Assembly (NCBI GenBank): GCA_977020255.1 | Contig: CDROCS010004090.1 | Span: forward strand, 62,001 to 126,000 | Direction of reading: 5' to 3' | Source of the DNA: Obrimoposthia wandeli | Lineage: Eukaryota | Length of the DNA: 64,000 nt | Shown here: piece after piece, positions 51,501 through 61,020 of the stretch | Layout of the letters: every line of letters starts with the position of its first letter | How positions within the stretch are numbered: the stretch's first letter is position 1 | Position numbers and translations under genes: made by a program | The notes under the pieces: model-generated | What the model was told of the DNA's origin: nothing | Seen by the model: the letters and a program-made list of their open reading frames with translations, nothing else | The model's database searches: none

Positions 51501-54500
51501 ATAAAATCATCAAAACATAAAGTAGAATTGCTACATGATCTGGAAATGTTTAATCTTTTTGAAGCAGGTATTAGAGGACGTATGACTTTTGTTAATAAAC
51601 ATTATTGTAAGTCCGATGATAATACATCACTTCTCTATATAGATAGGAATAACTTATACGGATGGGCTTTAAGTCAACCTTTACCACATATGGAATTTAA
51701 ATTGGTGCATGATAATTTTGATTTTATTTTGAATTTAGTTGGAAGTAAAAAGGATTTAAGTAAAACCGTATGGGGTTTTCTTGTTGAAGTATATTTACAT
51801 AATCCGGATCGTATATATGATAAAGTTGATGACTTACCTATTGGACCACATAAGATGTGTCCACCAAACTCAAAAACTCCTAAATTACTTTTAACACATA
51901 ATGATAAAGAATATTATGTAATACATTTCCGTTTACTACAATTCTATGTTTTTCTTGGTGCTGAAATCTTAAAAATTCATAGGGCTATTCAGTAAGTACC
52001 CGTTTTAAAACAATATATAGATTTTAATTCAAACAAGCGGGCAACTAGTGTTAATAAGTTTGAATATGAGTTTTACAAATTAAAAAATAATTCCTTTTAC
52101 GGTAAAACGGTTGAGAATCTTAAGATGCGACTTGATATTAGATTATGTAATAACGATAAACGGTTTGAAAAATTAATTTCGAGTTCTTGGTTTAAACGTC
52201 ATACTCAATTAAATGATGATTTAAATTTAGTTTTTATGCAGAAACAGGAAATATGTTTAGATTGGTCTTCATATATCGGTCAAGCTGTACTATATCTATC
52301 TAAATTACGAATGTATCAATTACAATATGTTGAGCTTGAACGGTATAGGCAAACTTTTAATTGTAGTATTATAATTGGAGCTATGGACACCGATTCGTTT
52401 TTCCTTGAATGCGTGAATATTAATAAGGATAAATTACTCAAAGAAATGATTAAAGGTGGGTATTTAGATACGAGTAATTATCCTAAAACACATCCCTTGA
52501 AAACGTTAAGGCCGTAATTGAAAAAATTTAAAGATGAACTGATTATAATGAATGGGTTTTCTTAAAACCAAAATGTTATTCACTTCAAAATAAATTAAGG
52601 GCTAAGAGTATTTCTTTAAAACAAACAAACTTAAGACATCAAGACTACCATATTGTTATGAAAATGAAGAAATTAATAGTGTTAATCAGTCACGTATATC
52701 ATCGGTTAACCATCAACTTCATACAACATTTACTTCTAAATTTGCTTTAAAATGTTTTGACGATAAAAGGAGATGGGTTTGTAAGAATAAAAGCCTTGCT
52801 TATGGTCATTTTAATTTAACTTAATAATTTTTAATAAGATATATAGTTTTGTTATTGTTGTTGTTATTTCATGTCATCATTTGTACACACACTCATTCAC
52901 TTGTATATATTAATATAACTTTTGTGTTTAATCGTTTTATTTATTATATAGGATCATTTTGATTAGTTGACCAATTATATTGAAGTTAGGTTTTTATATA
53001 ATCGAAACACTTTAGTTTTAAAATCATTTCATCATTATGACTTTAGGTACTTTAGACATGTTATGTGCTCTTCGAACCAACCCTAAAGAATATCAATATC
53101 ATTAACATCAAAGTATCACTTGAATGAATGATGTATTGGTTTAAATGTTATTTATCATATGAATAAATAATTAATTGATTTTATTATTCTTTAACTATAA
53201 ACAAAATTAATATAAAATATAATCTTTGCCAAAGGTGCTGCCCAGTCTTCGGATGAAGGGCTTCCCTCTTAGGAAGCTCCGTAAGGGAGACTTTGGCCAC
53301 TTAAAATCTACTTAAAATCTACTCAAAATCTACTCTTGTTTTAAACGGCAAGATATTTAGAGCTATAATTGAAAATGGTCTTAAAATCACCTTTTGTTTT
53401 AAACGGTAAGATATTTAGCGCCATATGGGAAAATAGATCTTGAAATCACGCATACAACGCCAAAACTGGTTTTGCAGTAAAAGATACCCCCGGGGGGACC
53501 TATTACCATTGAGTTAGTATGCGCGATTTCGAGACTTTTTGGTCAAGTCCGGAAATCACACATAGGAACTCAAATAGATTTTACAATAAAAAGGTAGAAA
53601 TTTGAGTCATTTTGAGTCATTTTAAGCTATTTTTAGACATTTTAACGACATTTTGTCTAAAAAATGACAATTTACAGAATTTTTTTAGACCACTATAGTG
53701 TTGGTACTAACTCAAAGGAACAATACGGTTTTGCAGTGAAAGGTACCCCCTTCTTAGTACCGACACTACATACTACTGTTGGGGTTTCTATATGAAACTG
53801 TGTTCTAATATAGATCCTCTGACTGTGGAGGGCCCCAACGTGAGTTCTATAGAAGCAGGACTTGTAGATGGTTGTGGCCTACTTAATGTTATGCTTGCCT
53901 GTCTCAATCTTATCTGAATGTTTGTTGTTTTGTTATGATCTTAAGGGTTTAGAACAATGCTTTCTAGTTGTAGGAAATCGTTTATTATTAACACACTAGA
54001 CTAACACGAATTAATACGTTTAAGTACGTATTCTAAAAATTTACAATAAAATTCCTAAGACTTCTATAAGTCTCTACACAAGTGGGGATGAACCACGTAT
54101 CGATTTTACTTCAGGTTTGGTTAGTTTATTAGAGTCCTTACTCAAAAAAGCGACAAATCAATTTATGGTTGGACTTTATACGTAAGTTTGCTGATTTGTT
54201 ATGATCCTAAAATCACTTCTACCTTCAACTCAATATTCCAACATAGTCGACAATTCAAATCGATTCAACTTTAATACTTCAATTTCACAAAAAACTCACG
54301 TTTCAATTCAGTTAATAATTTTAATTAATTTCACAAAAAACTTCACTTTTCAATTCAGTTGATGATTTAAATAAATTCACAAAAAACTTCACTACTTCTT
54401 ACACTAAATGGAGAGCCGTCCGTTGTCTGATTAGATAGATTCTTGTCTTCAGTGGTGCTGCTCGCGCTGTGTACTAAATTGGTAGCTGTCCGTTGTCAGA

Positions 54501-57500
54501 TTCGAGAGATTCTTGTCTTCAGTTCCAAATTCTCTCTGCTAGTTCCGCTCTCTGAACAATTTCTTCTCTCCGAATTCTCTCTGGTATTCTGTTTATATAT
54601 CTCTCCTGCAAGGAAAATAATCAATTAAATGTCACTTAACTAATTGATATTCACCTTGGCTGTCAGTCCCACGTGCTAATGAAATTGTCTGTCTCTATTA
54701 GCGGCTGGCTTACTTCTCAGCGGCTCAATCTTGCTTCTTCTTTTTATCGCTGCTTCTCTGTCCTAAACAAAATCAATCCTGCACTTAATTTTAAGTGCAC
54801 CTACCTCGCTGATGTGAATCCGGCTGGCGGTTCTCAGCGTCTTCTCGTATTGGGACGACGAAATTCAGATAGCGCTAATGGCGCTAATGGATTTTTCTTG
54901 GTTACTTGGGAATTAGTTTCGTCTGCTCTGCGTGCACTCTTCTTCGGAATTGACTTGCTAATTTCTAATCTTGATTTGGAAATTCTCTCTAGTTGGCCTT
55001 GTCTAACTGTTTATTATTGAGTTTTCTTGGCTAATTCTTTTTTGGGCGCTTTCTAATAATTTAAACTCCTATATATACTGCGCACTATACATGACCTTCG
55101 TGGTCCTTAATATTTAAAAAACTATTTTTATTTCGATTATTTAATTCTATTATAATTTTTATTTTAATTATAACCTTGCTTTCAAGGATTTTTATTTTGA
55201 TATAAATTCGATTAATTATTTAAAATTATTAAAACCTAATCCTAACACTACCTTTCAACCATATATAACCTATTCAAAACATTTAAAGACGATAACTTTG
55301 AACGAGCAAGATTGTAATTTGTGCTTAAGTGCCGGAGCTCACTTTGGAGATAAGAATTATAATTTCCAGATGTACCAATATGTTTTCGGTAAAAATGTGA
55401 CTCCTGATTATATCTTTAAACTTGACATGATTTGGGACAAATTGATACTTGCGACAAGAGCTATTTGTGCTAATGACAATGTGTAGAATGTTTTCGTCAT
55501 TGTCTCAAGACCCTGAAGTTTGCTTGTTATATAAAATAGCCTTGTTTCGACTTATCTTGATAAATGCTATTAAGGAAACGAACATTAAATACTTTGTTTG
55601 TGTTCCAATTTTTTTAAAGTTGCAATGAAATATTTGATGTTTGAAATATTATGTAAAGCTTTTTATGATGTTCTTTGGTAAGCTGTTGCATTGCATTAAA
55701 ATCTTTGATTTTATTCATCACTCGCTATAAACTGTTTGCCCTCGTGATCTATTCTTCAAGATAAAATCTCCTATATGGTTGTTTATGGAGTTTTAATTTG
55801 AAGAACGACCAGGCCAGTTCAATTGCTATATTTCACTTTCTTCTACCCAGACCCATTGTCAGTATCATTCTAATATTTCAGAAACTAGATAAGATTTCAA
55901 TACGTTTTGATTATAGTCGTATCAAAGTTCATAATATTTTTGACATTGCTTAAGTGACCTAAAATCATTACAGCTGTTATTACAGATCATTACAAACACA
56001 AAATGGCTTTTAAAGCTAATCTAGTGCAAAATTAACACCGGAAAGGATTTTGTTTATTAAATTTTCATTTTGGGAAACAGTAAATTGTATGAGCAAAATA
56101 TTTCAAAATACATCTAAGACTTATGTAAAAATTATGCTTTTAAGTAAGGTTTACACGATGTTTTCTATAGTGAAGAACAAAATTTCATTTAATTATACAA
56201 TTCCTAAATTATTTGCCATTATTTTCCTCGCTTTTAATTTTATATTTAAAATGAATTTTCTCTTTCTAATATTCTGTCTGTTGGGTATTGTCAATAATCT
56301 AGATCTTCTACTGGATATCTCCAAACTGAGCATTGCAATAATTGGATTTTGAATTGTCTAAAAGGAAATATTGATATATGTATTTATCTTTTTTTATGTA
56401 AAAATTATTAAGTAATTTATAACAAAATAGTTTTCATATTTTAAAATCAAATTTGATTTAATCATTTTTAAAGTATTTGTAAATTTGTAAAATATCATCA
56501 TTTGGTGAACTTTTCTATAAAGACGATTTTTTTTAAATAAACACCATGCAACTGTGAATGTTTATTTTTCAAAATTATTTTTTATTCAGGTGAAAATTAT
56601 TCGATACTTGACAAACAGAGAAATATTTATCACGATCGCAGTTATGAAGCGACAAGGAAAATTACCTATAGGCATGGACGTAGTCGATGGCAAAGTAATC
56701 ATAAATCCAATGGCTATTCAAGTAAGCTCATATATTTATTGCTTTAAATTTGTTTCAGTAACTTCATTTACAAAAATGTTATTAACGATAATTGCAAATG
56801 TGGCAATACTTTATCACACAAAATCATATCAAATACTTATTTCACAAAATACAATTTCAAAAACACGAGAACGCTAGAATAAACATTAGTAACTTCAAAT
56901 AACTACACACATTCATAAAATTCATTTTCTATACATCAAGCTTTAAACTACATATAATTAGATAATTCAAATTTGTTGTAATAATTGTTCAGGTTTTACG
57001 TTCATTTCGTTTAATTGCTCGTTCGTTTAATTTACATTTAATTTAGCATGTACTTTAAAATTGACATTTAATTTGTGAATTTGTTAAAATCAAAATACCA
57101 ATTTATTACTGATTAAGAAACTAGAGGAATAGTATGTTACACGTCAAAACTGATCTAATAATAAGTAAAGATCCTCTTATGAAACTATTATTAAATAATC
57201 TTAATTATTAATCATCGAATATCGCCAATGGAGTGCGTTTATTTTTGTATATGATTGGAAGAATTTGGATGATATTTTGTAACCACAAGTGGACCTAGTG
57301 ATTATTTTTCAAGTCAATCTTTTCATGTACATTCATAGTCATAAATTCATACTAACCTGATAAAGTATATCGAAGAGTTGACAGAATTATACGACTTTGT
57401 GAAGGTACAGATTTTAAAATGGATGAAGATAATGTTTTCAATGATCCTATTGAACAGCTTACATACTCTCATGAGCGGCCAAGAATGAATAATAGCCGAC

Positions 57501-58277
57501 TTCTTTTCCCATCAGTTTAAAATAAAATTTTAGAGCTATTTTCATAAGTTTGTAAGTTTCATAAACTTTTTTTATTAATTTTCCCTCGTCTAACATAAAT
57601 TATGTTGTATTATCGCTCACATATCCCAAATTCTGTTCACACAATGTATTAACATTTTAAAATATCCATAAAATAATTTAATCGTGTGTTATAAAAACAA
57701 ATTTATGCTATAAATTTTGAGAAAAAAATTCATTTATAAATTCGAACCGAATAAAATATTAAAGCAATGCTTTAGAAATCAATTATATTTATGTTCTATT
57801 CGTACATTATGTATTTAGGTGAATAAAAAAAAGAACCACATGCACCTGAGTGCTTGATAAAATTATAGAAAAACACTGTAATTATGAACAATAAAATTAC
57901 CTGATTTATGTCTGTTAATTATTGGAATTGCCAATTCTAATTCTTTTCTGAACCTCCTGAAGCAGAACGCGGAGCAGAGTTGTCTCGAAAATAAGCCTCT
58001 GCTTGGTCAAAAACAGTTACCCTATAGAGAAGCAGGAGGAGATGTGGCTGGCAGCTCGCTTGAGTGCGGGTCGACTTTACCATGCTCTTCTTCGATGGGG
58101 AAGGACCTCCACCAGACATTTGACTTGCCGTACGCAGAGGAGACCCTCTTCGAATGTCACACCTGGCTGACCCTGGAGGATGGTGACCAAACCATCCAGA
58201 AAGTGCTCTCTCTCAGTGAAAAGAAGTACCTTAGTTCGCCCATTCAGATGAGATTTTCTGTTAAGTCCAACCAGTAG
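30531..58277 (+). CDS. Multi-PLAT/LH2-domain protein (LOXHD1-like); partial exon model, possibly partly degenerate
   Basis: PLAT-like exons with splice borders: 30593-30913 (YKVCVITGDQLEANTAAPIFI), 32259-32430 (SWYLKELKIQD..WFCQANHWFSQDKEDG), 33166-33355 (LYIKLYGSK..VGIIHRIR), 41013-41176 (VFVQMFGQVG..TDVF), 44425-44511 (VGPLKKIRIWHNKAGVASAWHLEK), ~56591-56722, and a terminal exon to 58277 (FECHTWLTLEDGDQTIQKVL). Joining these into one gene is an inference, and I could not resolve some intervening exons without stops. Confidence 0.6.
34330..36357 (-). mobile_element. Degraded Ty3/Gypsy LTR retrotransposon (RNase H, RT, linker, and putative 5' LTR ~35996-36357)
   Basis: YYRRCIKDYANNAAPLY, GIAYAPRHLT..VTRKE, KKPENTIRMCVYCRQLN..FYQV..KNAF and FDLGYTKIVSHKIET. 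The LTR-like end shares GGAGG.CCCCAACGTGAGTTCT.TAG with the solo LTR at 53824. Confidence 0.85.
36800..37760 (+). mobile_element. MULE (Mutator-like) transposase remnant
   Basis: YGTFKT, MTDFEPTMIEAI, YFKDTWIG..MWNCFDAV..PKTNNIVEEWHRDFN. Confidence 0.85.
41580..42062 (+). mobile_element. Tc1 (DD34E) transposase remnant
   Basis: GGNVMI, LNARQYV..ILQP, IQQDNA, PIEHVWDVIKRKL. Confidence 0.8.
45260..46074. repeat. Left terminal inverted repeat of element 2
   Basis: Reverse complement of ~52922-53777. Contains 10-bp tandem units (AAGTAGATTT x4, AAAATGACTC x2) and two ~58-bp imperfect repeats. Confidence 0.92.
46044..48860 (-). pseudogene. pPolB of element 2, left copy (full N-terminus, frameshifted, C-terminal ~1 kb deleted)
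   Basis: ORF 47298-48806 (GSSYIPTP..AIINVNNSDNKCFLYAIL, WCPKC..H, VYADFESIL) plus fragments 46790-47095, 46425-46793 and 46044-46406. Relative to the right copy, 51921-52921 is missing and PolB is fused directly to the TIR. Confidence 0.92.
48791..49839 (-). CDS. Two overlapping hypothetical ORFs of element 2 upstream of PolB (probably one frameshifted gene)
   Basis: ORFs 49264-49839 and 48791-49288 share a repeated motif (LIRDLAEKNLYCVWFTQ / LIKDLAEKIYSIYGTQ). A Cys cluster CTNNCHDLNCHD..YICPSC spans the junction with PolB. Confidence 0.5.
50561..52824 (+). pseudogene. pPolB of element 2, right copy (N-terminus missing, C-terminus complete, frameshifted)
   Basis: RICYLC..VRDHDH..AACNKCN, KGVFPYEY, YIDRNNLYG, KLKNNSFYGK, MDTDS, LKPKCYS, FDDKR..AYGH* (52824). 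Confidence 0.93.
52922..53777. repeat. Right terminal inverted repeat of element 2, with terminal hairpin
   Basis: Inverted copy of 45260-46074. 15-bp arms at 53696-53710 and 53754-53768 (14/15 match) flank a 43-nt loop. Confidence 0.92.
53824..55091 (-). mobile_element. Solo LTR (Gypsy-like), 1268 bp
   Basis: TG...CA ends with a 4-bp TSD TGAC (53820-53823 and 55092-55095). Internal direct repeats (GAAGACAAGAATCT..GACAACGGAC x2, AAGTTTTTTGTGAA x3), a TATA-like box on the minus strand, and no coding capacity. Confidence 0.75.
55290..56030 (+). pseudogene. RPSA: 40S ribosomal protein SA (uS2) pseudogene, interrupted by a Tc1 fragment
   Basis: EQDCNLCLSAGAHFGDKNYNFQMYQYVF..IWDKLILATRAICA..*NVFVIVSRP aligns by eye with the RPSA N-terminus (AAxAHLG..DFQMEQY..TWEKLLLAARAI). 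It contains stops; the downstream part (~55950-56030) is weaker. Confidence 0.75.
55620..55900 (-). mobile_element. Tc1 transposase C-terminal remnant
   Basis: LNWPGRSSN*NSINNHIG..LK..NSLPKNIIKS, resembling WPSRSPDLNPIEN. Confidence 0.5.
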
Positions 58278-61020
58278 ATTTTTTTTAGCTTAAGTTTTTT
58301 GTCTTATATTGAAATAATTTGAAAATAAATTTATTTTTATTTCCTTCATGTTGTATTTTCTTTCTTTTTCCCAAAAACAAATATTTTAATTAAAACCGTT
58401 TTTCTGTAAAAAATATTTTGAAGGAACCTAATTATATACTTACATTATTCAATACTTGTGTTTACACGACCCTACATATATTGTGCGATCAATAAGTATT
58501 CAGACTCGGCAATAAATACATTTTCATTTGTTTATGTCTCAATAAATATACTCCGTTTTAAAATATTTGCATTGGCCGTCCAGGAGTTTACTATTCTTAT
58601 CAATGACGCTTTCTTTTGCTATAAATGTGTGCTATGTACCAAAAGTAACACAAAGTTTACATATTACAAAACTTCAATAATATAAAAATATCAAAAAGTG
58701 TTCTGGCCACTAAACATTTGAACAATTTTTAAAATGTTGTAAAACTCACACTGTTATATCTATTTGAAAAAATGTTTTTAAACTTAATGCTTTCTTAATC
58801 TAACCCTTTTCTATCTGACACTTTCACTGATGGTTCGCCTGACCTTTTTGCTCGTTTAACATTTCTCTTCATAATTACTTAACAATTTGTGATTTGTTTG
58901 CCAACTTATGTCCCAATTTATACTAAATTCTAACAGTCCGACGTTCTTACTCAATTAGATGCTTCTTTCCGGTTTTCATACAAAATTAAATAATTTTTTT
59001 GAATTTCTGTTAATGTGATTAACTTAATCAATTTATGTATACACATAATTTGTTAGTTTTTGTAATTATAAGTTATTTAAAAGTTATTACTGTTCGGATT
59101 TTAGGGATTTTTTATCAGCGCGAAGTAATTGTGAAATCTTGATTCTAAAATAAAGTTTTAACATCGATTTTTCTAAATGGTATCTAGCTTATCGAAGATT
59201 TTTGTTCGAAAATTGAAAATTATTCGCTTAATTATATTTTGTTTAATGGGCAGACTTGTTTTCCATAAAATATTTCAGCCCTAAATTTAAAAAAAATTCA
59301 AGACAGATATCTTTGGATGGCAGTTAAATGAAGGCCTATACTAAAGAGTTTAGATTAATATGTTTAATATGTTACGGAAATTTTATTTAAATATTTTAAT
59401 TTAGTTGATCATATAAATATCAAATAAAATGGAAATTTTTGTAAAAATACTGAATATTACTTAAATTACAAAACGACTAACGTGAATTGTTAAAAATTTT
59501 AATTTCAGAAAAATATGTAATTTTAAAAATTCTGTATACATCTACTGAAAAATAAAATATTTTGAAAAACGAATAATGATATATAAAAATTAAAAATATT
59601 TGCAGTTATTATTTAGATATTAGAAAAATCAAAGACAAATTTAAATAAAAGTTTAAATGTTTAAATTTGATTATTAACATATTGTACTTAGGCGTTAAGT
59701 GTGACCTTATAAAATTAACGTCTTTGTTTTCGTTTTTCAGGCGTAATTTTGAAAATAACTTTAACATAAAATTTTGAAGGAAATATTGAAATCCTTTAAG
59801 AGGGATTTAGACTGACTCAATCCATTTTTGAGACCCTTGTACTTTTTTAAAATTACTTAAAATTTGGGCTTTTAACGATAATTCACCAGTTGAGATTTGA
59901 TGTTTACAGGATATATTTCAAAATTCTGACGAATGAGAATTTTTTAATAACATTATCATAATAAGTTAACACATTTAGGCTAGAAATTTTCGTAAAAGAG
60001 TAGAAATAAAAGTCATTATTTGGTACGTAGAGTTATTTGTAAATGTGTAAAAATTGATAAGTCATTTTCTGAGTATCTCAATGGAATATTCAATAATTGT
60101 TTGAAAAATTTTGAATTATTTGATTATTTTTCTAAAGATTATAAATAAGTAATAAAATTTTTAGACACCAAAATAAAATCTTTAAAAATTATATGAGTAC
60201 ATCTATGTTATCGATTTGGAGATAATAGTTACAAGCGAGGGATATTTTATCATAAAAAACTTGACTAGGTAAAAATTAGGTTGATAGTCAAATAAGAAAA
60301 TTTTGAAAATAAGGTCAAACTCTATCTTTGGCGTAATTTTGAGGTAATTGTTTATATTTAAATTTTTTGATGATAACACTTGATTCTAATTTTTATTAAA
60401 AACACTTAAAGTTGAGACTATTATAATCAACAACAAAAATTCCCACATTTTTAGATGATCATGCTAAAACCCGTATTTTTAAAAATACGACGATTAAGAT
60501 TGAAGAACTTTGTGAGTTTGAATTATTTCCTCAGTACTTCAATTCTCGCTCCATCTGATTATTCTCTATTTCGATTGACTGCTCACTTTCTAGTCGAGGA
60601 GAACTGATAGAACACGAACCAGACCGTGAAATATCACCTCCAAAAATAAGTACTGGTATCATAAGGGAACTATTTTAACGTTGGTCACAATGGTTTGTAT
60701 TTTCTTCTATGACTGTGTTTTCGATTCTTTTATTTGCAGTAAATTTATATAATATGACCAAAAAAATAAAAATCTTCTCTATAAAAATTCAGAGTTGTCT
60801 ATATCTCCTGTATACTCCCTGATAATAATGCAACAAGATAAACAAAATAAATTAAAGAAAAAGGTGAAAGTGGGATTTCGACATTTTATTTTTGTATGAT
60901 AAATAAATCTGTACAGCAATCAATACACTGTTTCTTTCCGCTTATATTTCTAAATCTGAAAAAGTACTCAGCACACTATAAGTAGCACACGTGAAATAGA
61001 ATAACATAGATCGAATAAGG

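Larger units (their letters stand above)
45260..53777. mobile_element. Polinton/Maverick element 2: non-autonomous fold-back (inverted-duplication) derivative
   Basis: Ends are 5'-AGTAGT (45260) and ACTACT-3' (53777), with TIRs of ~0.8 kb. The inverted homology continues into PolB (46075-47524 vs 50561-51920). No capsid, integrase or ATPase ORFs; no 6-bp TSD (flanks TTTCAA and GTTGGG). Confidence 0.92.
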
